This document shows, piece by piece, positions 1-11,344 of a DNA stretch of 64,000 bases. Origin of the DNA: Octopus bimaculoides. Its lineage: Eukaryota. The position numbers were made by a program, and so were the translations under genes. The stretch's first letter is position 1. The number at the start of each line of letters is the position of its first letter. The stretch covers positions 69,322,997-69,386,996 of the forward strand of contig NC_068985.1 of assembly GCF_001194135.2 (NCBI RefSeq). Direction: 5' to 3'. The notes under the pieces were generated by a model. It had not been told where the DNA came from, made no database searches, and saw only the letters and a list, made by a program, of their open reading frames with translations.

Positions 1-30
1 TAACTGAAACAAGTAAGACAATAAAATAAA
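1..30 (+). mobile_element. 3' tail of an octopus SINE (family also at 37264 and 52421)
   Basis: ACTGAAACAAGTAA followed by an A-rich run matches the recalled 3' end of the SINE family seen at 37264-37535; only about 20 bp are visible. Confidence 0.4.
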
Positions 31-46
31 CCCTATGTTATTTTAA

Positions 47-80
47 TCCCGAGTAAGGGCGGGTTACTCTGCTGGTATAT
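47..80 (+). mobile_element. Orphan Helitron-like 3' terminus
   Basis: CCCGAGTAAGGGCGGGTTACTCTGCTGGT has a CCCG...CGGG hairpin followed by a CTAG-like CTGGT. It resembles the Helitron end at 13166-13196 (CCAAGCAACGCCGGGTACTTACTTAGACTAGT). Confidence 0.5.
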
Positions 81-94
81 ATCTGTATATATCA

Positions 95-285
95 GTCGCC
101 ATGATTGACCGCTAACTCCGCAAGTCTGTTTTTTTTTTATTCTCTCTCTATTTCCTCGTCATCGTTTCAATTGAAGAGCGTAGGTTCGAAACATAAACGC
201 CTTTCTTATCTCCCCGAGCGTCAAACTAATACACCAGTTTGTTGTTTATATACCTGTCTTCGTCTTTTGCTTTTCTGTAAATTTC

Positions 286-290
<5 letters not shown>
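95..290 (+). mobile_element. Penelope-like (PLE) terminal/pLTR fragment ending in (TA)n
   Basis: Contains TTGAAGAGCGTAGGTTCGAAACATAA (171-196), the TGAAGA..CGAAAC motif typical of PLE ends, then a T-rich tail into (TA)n. Family assignment is from recall. Confidence 0.5.
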
Positions 291-319
<29 letters not shown>

Positions 320-320
<1 letters not shown>

Positions 321-996
321 AGCTGAGCTAGCAGGTAAAATAATTACCATTAACAAGATGTATGTCTATAGCCATCAAACATTTTCCGTCAAATTTCGAG
401 AATTCTAATCTATATTAATGGGTAGGACAAATTTGACGAAATAATGAGCAGAGTCTGGTAGCGAACCCATGTTGTCTTTTATGTGCATGTGCGTAAAATG
501 GCGAAATGTTATACGTTAAGGCAGATTTCCTCAAAATGATATCACAATGGGTAGTGTGCAAAATGCGTAAACTTTGCTTGAGACATAAAATGGTCTTACC
601 TAATCAAAAGCTGAAGCGTTTGGGAATTAACAAATTGAAATAAGTTTTAGGAAATCAAAACAATTCGCATTGAAATGAAGAATTAGAAAATGCTAAATAG
701 ATTAGCGTTAATACACTGTCTGATTATACCCATGAATCATTTTTCGTCAAATTTCAGCATTTTTCATCAAATTGATGTCATGATAGCCAGCGCGAAAAAA
801 TGCAGAAATTTTACGATTTTTGAAAAACCGATGCTGGTTAAAAATCGATTTTTTTTTAAATATTCGAAGTTAGTAAGTGACCGGAAGGACATAAGCCCCC
901 CACACGTGTCAAGTTTCATCAATGGTTGTTGGATAGTCTCGGAGGAGCTAAAGTAACACATTCGCAAACATTCAACTTTCCATTGATCATATATAC
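320..996 (+). mobile_element. Non-autonomous Helitron/Helentron-like element (DINE/Lep1-type)
   Basis: 3' region GTGTCAAGTTTCATCAATGGTTGTTGGATAGTCTCGGAGGAG...CAAACATTCAACTTTCC resembles the conserved 3' core of non-autonomous Helitron-type repeats; no coding capacity; truncated by the gap. Confidence 0.45.
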
Positions 997-1321
997 NNNN
1001 NNNNNNNNNNNNNNNNNNNNNNNNNNNNNNNNNNNNNNNNNNNNNNNNNNNNNNNNNNNNNNNNNNNNNNNNNNNNNNNNNNNNNNNNNNNNNNNNNNNN
1101 NNNNNNNNNNNNNNNNNNNNNNNNNNNNNNNNNNNNNNNNNNNNNNNNNNNNNNNNNNNNNNNNNNNNNNNNNNNNNNNNNNNNNNNNNNNNNNNNNNNN
1201 NNNNNNNNNNNNNNNNNNNNNNNNNNNNNNNNNNNNNNNNNNNNNNNNNNNNNNNNNNNNNNNNNNNNNNNNNNNNNNNNNNNNNNNNNNNNNNNNNNNN
1301 NNNNNNNNNNNNNNNNNNNNN
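997..1321. other. Assembly gap (N run)
   Basis: Run of N flanked by (AT)n. Confidence 1.
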
Positions 1322-1357
1322 ATATATGTATGTGAGCACTTCAAGAGTTACGATTAG

Positions 1358-1978
1358 TATGCCGGTAATAAACGCACGCACTGGTTCAGTCCTTTATTAA
1401 TTTATAAACAGTATTTAGTTTAGACTCCCTGATGACGCATCGTTACGGCAAATACAAGAGTCAGTCCTCATAACGGAAACACGACCAATTTTGAATAGCA
1501 AGTACACGTAGATAAAAGCCTTACAATTACCCATGATTGCAGACGTTGTTCACACATAGAATACAGAACCTGAACGTAAATAAAAAAAAGATGCATTTAC
1601 GAAGAAAACAGAAAATAACAAAAACCAAAACCAAGTCCAAAGTCTCTATCTTATCTGATATGAACGAAATTTAACAAACATACATATGGACTCACATACT
1701 TACATATAAGCACGAATACATACGTGTGTGCACACATACGAGCGTGCACACATACGAACGTGCACACACTCACATGCTCATACCGGACAATTTCAAAACA
1801 ACGCTAAATCATACATCGAAATAAAATAAATGGAAGTGGAGAGACAAGTTACTGATGAGATTGCAAGAGTGCAATGAAATGATTTAACCAAAAAAAAAAA
1901 AAGAAAGAAACGAAAGACTAAATACTGTTCATAAATTAATACAGGTCTGAACCAGTGCGTGTGTTTATTACCGGCATA
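1358..1978. repeat. 62-bp inverted repeat pair (1358-1419 / 1917-1978)
   Basis: The reverse complement of 1358-1419 matches 1917-1978 with 4 mismatches by manual alignment. Confidence 0.95.
1728..1767 (+). repeat. 16-bp minisatellite, 2.5 copies (GTGCACACATACGA[G/A]C)
   Basis: Units at 1728-1743 and 1744-1759, partial unit at 1760-1767. Confidence 0.9.
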
Positions 1979-2523
1979 ATGCCTCTCCCAAGGCTTAATC
2001 GTATTTCTTTCAACACACGTATCCACATCAAGAATCTTGCACACGAAATACACATACGAAATACTTCAAGAGTTCGTTGTTATTTACAGCAATGACACTG
2101 ACGAACGTATCATTAATTTTCTTATGCCTTGCAATTTACTTCTTCAATTGATTAATACACCAACTGAGTAAACCTATCTATAATAACTACTGGAAACGGC
2201 CGCAAGACAAATTCACTATAATAAGGTATATATATGTAATGACCATTATTTTAACATGTCTCTTATTTATCACTCTCTGGAAACCACTTTATCTGAAACC
2301 CATCCACGGATTTACAATATAATATTGTAATGAACCGTTACATTGAGCGATACCAAAAGATTACTTGTTCATTAATCTGAGTTACATCGTTAGCCTGATG
2401 TGCCTACAGAGAGCTTATGAAGTATTATACCCGGATTAATAATCCCTTCCTATTTGTGCTAAATACATATACATGTATGTATGTGTGTATGTGTGTGTGT
2501 TTGTGTATGTGTGTGCGTGTGTG

Positions 2524-2742
2524 TTATTTCTTTACTACCCACAAGGGGCTACACAGAGAAGGGACAAACAAGGACAGACAAACGGATTAAGTCGATTATA
2601 CCGACCCCAGTGCGTAACTGGTACTTATTTAATCGACCCCGAAAGGATGAAAGGCAAAGTCGACCTCGGCAGAATTTGAACTCAGAACGTAGGGGCAGAC
2701 GAAATACTGCTAAGCATTTCGTCCGGCGTGCTAACGTTTCTG
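2524..2742 (-). mobile_element. tRNA-derived octopus SINE (family 1), near full length
   Basis: Minus strand reads A-box-like CAGAAACGTTAGCACGCCGG, B-box-like GAGTTCAAATTC, then the core GAGGTCGACTTTGCCTTTCATCCTTTCGGGGTCGATTAAATAAGTACCAG. At least 6 related copies occur in the window. Confidence 0.9.
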
Positions 2743-4899
2743 TGTGTGTACTTCCCAAATACATTCTGCCAGATTACAACCCAAATATGCTGACTGGTGT
2801 AAATTTTCATCATCGGATATGTCCATTTGCACGATCTCCATTCGTAATACAGGCGTTTCATTGATTCAAAATGACTTGGAGACGATTTGTGGTGTCTATC
2901 TAAGTCAAAGATACCATCCACTCAACAATATCGTACGAGTACTACCTATTGCTTCTAGGAATCAGCAAACAAATTATTTGCTGAGTTCCATATTCACTTA
3001 CATATCTGTCAGAAAGGATTTTAAAAAATCGATATGTAATAATCTGCGTTCTCATTGTTTCTGTTTTAAGTGCGCCTCAATAAATTAAGCTGTTTATTTT
3101 CGACAACAAAACATGTTGCTCGTCGTTTGTGTTATGTTATGAAATTACAGCATGAGATTGCGAGATGTGATACAACTCTGGATTGAAAGATGAATCAATT
3201 TTAATTTTATCGTTTTACTAAATTACCTTTTTAGATTGGAAAATAAATAGAGATAATTGGAAATTTGTATATATAGTAACAATGTTATAAGTATACCACA
3301 AATAATGTCTTTAGGAACGAAATATCAGATAATACTGTCCTAGATACATCAGATATCTTGAAGTAGCTCTGGTCTTGTGCTGAATGGCAACTACAATAAC
3401 GTCTTCATTTATGAAGCGATTTAAATAAGGCATATATTTTCACTTTACCAAAAATTTCAAAATTTGAAAATAAATAGAAAACAAATTAAAAAAAAAACAC
3501 ATAACGTAGCTGGCAAAAAAAGCATCTATCTGACATTTTTTTTATGGGTTCATATAATTTCTCTGCATCAAATAAATAACCTCAATGTAGATAATCTTGA
3601 AAACGTCCAACAGAAAGATTAAAAAAAGTTGAGAGGTTTGACAATTCATTTCTTGTGAAAGGTTTAGATGAGAAAATAATTATGCAAGTTAAAAGTTCTG
3701 AATACAATAAGTTATATATCACAAAAGTTAAAATGAATTGATTCTATATATTCCTTGTATCTGCAACGTTTTGTTAAAAATTATATTTCCTTTCTTTATT
3801 TTTTTCATTGTATGACTAAATGGGAAAATGAAAGAAAATATGTCTTGTAAAACTGGAGAGAATTTTCTGTTTAAATATATATTTTAAAGCCGCCTATAAT
3901 TTCATTTTTCCATACTACCTTTTCATATTTTTGATAAAATACGATATGTCTCTTGTCAAAGAAAGTTAAGTGAGATAGAGATAAATTGCTAAACCTTTGC
4001 AAAAGGAAATAATAAAGGTTGGATACATATTTTTTTCTCCTTTCGGGCAGTTTTCAAAATCCATTGTATTCGGAACATTGCTTGATAGTTACCTAGGTTC
4101 AGCATTGACGAATATCGGTTTTTAACACAATTACTTTTGTTTGTAGATATTCTCTGCAATGCAGCAGACGCTTGGAAAAGAACTGGAAAATTGCAATATT
4201 AACTAGTGTTGACAGGCTAATTCTGCGAATGGATTTTAGCTGACAAGCTGAATGCTGTTTTGTGAAATAGTAATGTCAGGCATTCTCAAGAGGCCAGCTC
4301 TCAACGTTATCCTAGTTACTTACAATCACTGCTAGTGTTTCTTTAATACCAAGTTATCCAGGATTTTCCATAACAGCCACTGACATTCCTCAAATCTTAC
4401 TAACAAGAAAATACATTGAGATCTGCTGAAGACCGGTCTTGACAAGTTTTCTTATTGGCTGCTATCAAAATAAAGTGTTTAGTCTCAGCAAAACCCCAAA
4501 CTGAATTAAAATTATTTCTATTACTTTTAACTTGATTACCAAGTCGCAAACTGGTAGAAAGATATTTTCAGATTTATCTGTATTTACAGAAAAGTTAGAA
4601 TGGCGAGTAAAATTCTTAATTTGATTTACTTTGATAATTGAAGTATGTCAGTGATACTTACACGTTCAAAGGGAAAATGTCAACAATTTTTACAAATACT
4701 TTATTTCTACTTGTGCTTATTGCTTTTACATATCATTTTTCCTTTCTGTTTGTCATCCTATTCCAACGCCACGTTGTAAACTAAGTATCTACAGTATGAT
4801 AGAAACGTAAAATCCATTCCAGAAATGATCAATGCTCAGATATTCTAACATTATACCTTCAATAGCGGCATCTCTATTTGCTAATGTGACAAATTGTGT

Positions 4900-5048
4900 A
4901 TATCTATATATGTGTGACGTGCGTGCAAGTGTGTGTGTATAATTGTGTATGTAAGAATGAGTCTCTTTCTCTCTTTATATATAAATATGTGTGTGTGAGT
5001 GTGTGTGTATGTGTGTGTGTGTGTGTGTGGGAGAGAGAGAGAGAGAGG

Positions 5049-5079
<31 letters not shown>
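4900..5079. repeat. (GT)n/(GA)n compound microsatellite
   Basis: Visible dinucleotide runs leading into the gap. Confidence 0.95.
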
Positions 5080-6005
5080 NNNNNNNNNNNNNNNNNNNNN
5101 NNNNNNNNNNNNNNNNNNNNNNNNNNNNNNNNNNNNNNNNNNNNNNNNNNNNNNNNNNNNNNNNNNNNNNNNNNNNNNNNNNNNNNNNNNNNNNNNNNNN
5201 NNNNNNNNNNNNNNNNNNNNNNNNNNNNNNNNNNNNNNNNNNNNNNNNNNNNNNNNNNNNNNNNNNNNNNNNNNNNNNNNNNNNNNNNNNNNNNNNNNNN
5301 NNNNNNNNNNNNNNNNNNNNNNNNNNNNNNNNNNNNNNNNNNNNNNNNNNNNNNNNNNNNNNNNNNNNNNNNNNNNNNNNNNNNNNNNNNNNNNNNNNNN
5401 NNNNNNNNNNNNNNNNNNNNNNNNNNNNNNNNNNNNNNNNNNNNNNNNNNNNNNNNNNNNNNNNNNNNNNNNNNNNNNNNNNNNNNNNNNNNNNNNNNNN
5501 NNNNNNNNNNNNNNNNNNNNNNNNNNNNNNNNNNNNNNNNNNNNNNNNNNNNNNNNNNNNNNNNNNNNNNNNNNNNNNNNNNNNNNNNNNNNNNNNNNNN
5601 NNNNNNNNNNNNNNNNNNNNNNNNNNNNNNNNNNNNNNNNNNNNNNNNNNNNNNNNNNNNNNNNNNNNNNNNNNNNNNNNNNNNNNNNNNNNNNNNNNNN
5701 NNNNNNNNNNNNNNNNNNNNNNNNNNNNNNNNNNNNNNNNNNNNNNNNNNNNNNNNNNNNNNNNNNNNNNNNNNNNNNNNNNNNNNNNNNNNNNNNNNNN
5801 NNNNNNNNNNNNNNNNNNNNNNNNNNNNNNNNNNNNNNNNNNNNNNNNNNNNNNNNNNNNNNNNNNNNNNNNNNNNNNNNNNNNNNNNNNNNNNNNNNNN
5901 NNNNNNNNNNNNNNNNNNNNNNNNNNNNNNNNNNNNNNNNNNNNNNNNNNNNNNNNNNNNNNNNNNNNNNNNNNNNNNNNNNNNNNNNNNNNNNNNNNNN
6001 NNNNN
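5080..6005. other. Assembly gap (N run)
   Basis: Run of N. Confidence 1.
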
Positions 6006-6574
6006 GAATAATTCTCCGTCATATGTCTTTGACATTCGCTTCGTTTCTTTTTAAGTAAAGATAAATGCTTTTAAATTGTGATAATGAAACAAGGGGTGTA
6101 GTCCGTATCACAAAAATTAATTTCTCTCGCAAAAGAGAGGGTGGCATTTTCTCTCATTTTCAATATTTAATTTGAAGAAGATATTGTTCGCAAAAACGTT
6201 AAAATTTTACTAACCTCATCGATCTGTCACTGAACTAGAATTGTAATTTCATTCTCATATACACTTTGCTACCATTTGTATGGAGAATTGCAAACATGGC
6301 ATGTAAAGACAACTTATTTTAATAGAAGTTTTATAAGTACATTCCCGTAAATGTTTATCTTGTGCACACACCCCCCAACACACACAAACACCTGCGCTAT
6401 TCGCACGTGGATACACATGGATGAAGTCCCATTTTGGAAGTATGATATGGTTTCGATTATTTTGGAATCAAAAACATAAGCATAGCTGCTGAGCGAGTGA
6501 TTAAACATGTAGAATTTTGTTGGGATTAATCTAATAAATTGACAGCAAGGTATGCAAGATGTACTTACATACAT

Positions 6575-6870
6575 GATGGAGACAGAGAAAGACACATCAT
6601 CTACTTCAACGATTACGGAGCGGGTGGTGAAGCAGCAGGAGGAGATGGTGAAAGGAAAGACAGTCCCGACGGAACAATAGCACCGTTGACAACTTCTACA
6701 AATGTAAATGACAGTGAATGGCAGGTGGTTGGGATGGAGAGAAAAAAAAAAAAGAAAATTACTCTTTCTCCCCCTCTCACAAAGAAAAAAAATAAACCAA
6801 ATTACAAGATTTACAAATACGAAGACACATTTATAAGAAACAAGAACTGGAATCACTATAATGTAAAACT
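6575..6870 (+). mobile_element. Fragment of non-LTR retrotransposon ORF1 C-terminal region; inverted paralogue of 7980-8250
   Basis: GGAGACAGAGAAAGACACATCATCTACTTCAACGA...GCAGCAGGAGGAGATGGTG...AATAGCACCGTTGACAA...AAGAAAATTACTC aligns with the reverse complement of 7980-8250 (roughly 70-75% by eye). Confidence 0.7.
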
Positions 6871-7217
6871 TTAAAATTCGATGTTTCACACAATTTATAT
6901 AATGTTTAGAAGAGAAAGAAACAGTAAGGTTTCTAATTAACGAAAAGTCATCATACGGACGCACGCCCGGTGAAACCTCTTTAAATTCATATGTGATTCA
7001 TTCATTCGGGCCTTTATCCGATGCACAATGTAGGATATCTTTCAATTTATACAATAAACCTTATACATTTTAAAGTTCATTCTTCCCGTGACATAAGTTA
7101 GAGATATCGACATAAGTTATTGAAATAATTGTTCGTGGAATGGATCTTTCATATTTAAATCCGATGTGTCTGTTTCTATTGGATAGAGATTAGAAAATAT
7201 ATCTTGATAACATTTTC

Positions 7218-7870
<653 letters not shown>

Positions 7871-7959
7871 AGCATCGAAAAATACCTTAAAAATGTAACA
7901 TAATTTATTAGTTTTTATTTTTCACTTTGCTTGGTGATATCACCTCAGTTTTGGCTTTT

Positions 7960-9400
7960 ACTTTTTATTCTTTTCGTTTGATTCTGTTAACTTTTCATGT
8001 GTGTTCTTGTTTGTAAAGTCTTGTAGTTTTCTGGCTATTTTGGTTTATGGGAGGGGGAGAACGAGTAATTTTCTTTTTTCTCTTTCTCCCAGCCATTCAC
8101 CCTCATTTACCTTTGTAAATTTGTCAACGGTGCTATTTCTTCCGTCATAACAGTTTCACCTTCCACTATCTCCTCCTGCTGCTCCTCTTTCCGTTCCATA
8201 GTCGTTGAAATAGAAGGTGTGTCTTTGTCTGTCTCCACCATCACCTTCTTCTGCTTCTCCTCCTCTTCCATTCTCTAATACTGCATACTGGCCTTCGTCT
8301 GGCTTTCTCCCTGTGTCTGAGGTTGTAGGTCCTGGGGAACGTTGTTCTTATGTGTCCCTTTTGCCCATACCCGAAGTACTTTGGTACTCTGCCCTGAACA
8401 GCTACCCTCACTCTTGTATCATTTGGAAGGATGACGAACTCTGGTATGCTATGAACATTTGTTGGTCTGGCCTGGATTGTTGCTCTTACGACCCTGCCAA
8501 ACTAGATCTGGACAATTTTTTTCTTCCATCTCCTATAGTATAAACGTCTATTATGTTGGCGAAGGCCGCCGCCAGGAGCGACATTGGTTTAATTTCCGGC
8601 CGGGTCGAATCCGTTTATCATTATTTTGGTTGTTCTTTTACCGAGATATGACAGCAAAAGAGATAATCCGCTTGTCTGCAGGGTGGTCGCCGCGTCTATC
8701 TTAGCATTGCCCTCAACCACAAACTGCGCCTCCTCCGTTCCGAACTTTCTTCCGCGTTTAACGACGCCAATTTATAAATAACAGGCTTTAATGTCTTTTC
8801 AATTTCCTCTATTGACGCTATCTCTATTTGTCTGGTATTCAAAAATAGCGTCCTATAGACAATTGTTCTTTTCCTAATTCCTTCCATCACCTCCTTGCTG
8901 GGAGTTAGTCTCACATTGTATTCCTCCCTTGAAGAAATGACTGGAACTTCTCGACTGCCTCGGGCTTGATGTTGTAACATTTCATCCGTCTCGTTGCCGC
9001 CGCCGCATAATCGTCTGTACTTATTTCGGAATCACTTGTGTAGTCCGCCTCATTCTCGATCTCCCAAAGCTCTTAAAATGTGTCGTCATCCATTTTGTGT
9101 AGGACATCCGACACAAAATGTAAACGCTTCATCCCCAAACGGGGAAACCAAAAGGAAACCGGCCTGTGAAGGCTAACAATGTGTCGCAAGACGCTAACAG
9201 TGTTTAAAGAATTTTTAGAACAAAGGTAATCCCAAAAGGAAAAACTTGCAAGAAAATCGATGGCAATTCAATATTAACACACCGCAACATGGAATCGAAC
9301 ATACCACACTAGACAACTAAAACGCTCTCCTTTTCTTCATTTGGCACCCAGGCCTTAACCTAGAGGTGACAACACAAGGACAGACAGAACACCACACTGG
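7960..9400 (-). mobile_element. Decayed L1/Tx1-like retrotransposon 5' region and gag-like ORF1
   Basis: Minus-strand translation SIPEFVILPNDTRVRVAVQGRVPKYFGYGQKGHIRTTFP (about 8336-8450) is a CxxCxxxxHxxxxC knuckle with the Cys residues mutated. Upstream ORF piece 8696-8980 is on the same strand; the region is frameshifted. Confidence 0.6.
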
Positions 9401-10069
9401 GACAAAAAACATAAAATGAATGAAAAAAATGAAGATGTATATAAATATGATAAATTAATGATATGATAGAATGGCTGCATTGAGCCCCACTCTCAAGCAG
9501 TACAATTTAACACTTAATTTATACAAATAAATCAATCATTCCTACTCTCTTTTCTTTTCTTTTTGTATCGTTCTTTTTTCTTTTTTTTTCCAAACATTTT
9601 AACAGTCTATTTTTCCTCTGCTTTTTTGTTCGAACAGTATCACTTAACGTCTTTTTTAATAAGTCATTCAGAGGCGCTCTTAAATCGTGCATATTCGGTA
9701 TGTATTACTGGTAGTGATTTGCAAACCCCTTAAATGCTTTTTACGCTGTAATGTTCGTTGGGGGAGGCATATTTTTATTGCACTCGCCCTAGCTATTTTA
9801 TGCCTGGCATAAAAAATTCACACGTTTCTTCGCTAAAACCCATAATCTTTTATTCTTTCGAAGACCTTTTTGATATGCTCTGTATGCTGATCTTTATATT
9901 CACTTTTTATGAGTATGTTGGCAAGTTAGGCTACAGTGAAATCCCAACCTTGGAGCATAATGTTCATAATTTGTTGGAAAGTTCTAGGTTCTACCTTTAT
10001 ACTAAAGGCGGTTGATTTAAATTTATACAAAAGCTTATGGGTATTTATTTTCAGAATTTTTGATCATTT

Positions 10070-11313
10070 TTGATCGACTTTTACCTACAAATATGCTTCA
10101 GATAGATCCAACTTTGAAAAAGTGCTCCTCCTTTCAACTTCGCGAAAATTTCTTTCGGACTTGGTAATGGGTAATTATATGGCATCAAACATACTCGGAT
10201 TTTATTATTATTTTCCATAACATAAACTGTAGGGAACGCCCATTTTGAGTAATCAATCTTTTCAATAACGTCAAACTTTTCAAGTTCATCCAATTCATCG
10301 TTGACTTGTTTCCACGCTGCCAAATGTACCGTTCTTTTTGGTTTAAATACCGGTATCGGGTTTTCTTTCAGTTTAAACTTCGCCTCCGTTTTGTCCGCGC
10401 TATTTCTTAAATTTATAATCCTCTAGCATTCTTCAGCCGCTGGCTATAGAGTTAATTTCTGGTTCTCTTCTAGTTTTCTTAATATGCGGAAACATATATC
10501 AGCGTCTTTTCTTGCTGTTAACCATTAAACAAAGATTAGACGTTTGAACAAATCCGGGCTTAATTAATTTGATTTGAATTGTTCACACTGTCTGTGAAAG
10601 GCCGCAGCAAACTCAATTTAAACATTGTCAACAAGTATTGAAAGAGAACTTTTTTTACTGAAAATTCTCGATAAGAATTAACTGTTTCATCGAAAGAAAT
10701 CTCACCTCATTTCTTCGACAGAATATAGTTATAGTATTTTTCGTGTTCGGCAGGGGATAACTTTCTTAAAAGTAGGCCCATCTTCTCGTCATTTCAACTG
10801 TTACATTCTTCATTGGAGTTTTCTTCGTATCTTTTAAAATATGAAGAAAAAGTAGTACTTTCTTTTGGGTTACAAATAAATATTCCCATTGCATTTGCTA
10901 CACTGTCTGACGCGAATGAACCTGAGGTATTTTCAATCTTCTTCAACCTTACATCCAGTAACTGCTGTCGTTGCTGTTGTTGTTGTCGTTGTTGTTGCAA
11001 TACGTCTTCCATGTTAAATAATTTTTGTGGGGGTTCCGTACCAAAAAATTAAAGAAGAAAAAAAATTAAACGCCCTACGCAAGATTCGGATATCTCATCG
11101 CCACTTTTATATCCTGCTACATGTGGGTATAGATAAATTATGCAGCGGAGTTTTAATCAAAATGTTTGAACGACGTACTTTGCGAGACAACCAAAACGCT
11201 CTCTGTCCTCTACTACCGACCTCTACTCTTTATAAGAGTTCGCCTAGTCAATTCTCCAATCCACCATGTGTCAATGACTTTCGCCACAGCAAAATTACAT
11301 ATGTAATATTACA
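10070..11313 (-). mobile_element. Ty3/Gypsy LTR retrotransposon, 5' part (LTR, PBS, gag, truncated RT), decayed
   Basis: RT N-terminus KFKLKENPIPVFKPKR..VNDELDELEKFDVIEKIDYSKWAFPTVYV..KIRVC..YPLPSPKEIFAKLKGG (10081-10380). gag SVANAMGIFICNPKESTTFSSYFKRYE..NDEK..LLLRKL..EHEKYYNYIL (10650-11012). The protease region appears deleted. Confidence 0.9.
11094..11313 (-). mobile_element. Putative 5' LTR (about 11110-11313) and primer-binding site TGGCGATGAG (11094-11103)
   Basis: Minus strand begins TGTAATATTACA, contains TATAAA and ATTAAA, and is followed by TGGCGATGAG just upstream of gag. The LTR 3' CA end is degenerate and no partner LTR is present. Confidence 0.6.
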
Positions 11314-11344
11314 AAGAGTTTCCTAGATCTGAAGACTTTTTTAA

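Noticed and set aside
1728-1767. Short repeated units considered as a possible CRISPR-like array (also the 41291/42094 repeats)
   Set aside because: No unique spacers of regular length, only two copies, no cas genes, eukaryotic context.
2660-2742. tRNA-like A/B boxes (also 35545-35565, 44410-44480, 52500-52540)
   Set aside because: They are SINE heads: no cloverleaf or anticodon arm, and each continues into SINE core sequence.
767-6058. Long ORFs of 140-384 aa in the ORF track (also 20080-20487, 59101-59655, 62306-62840)
   Set aside because: They are open only because they run through N gaps and dinucleotide repeats.
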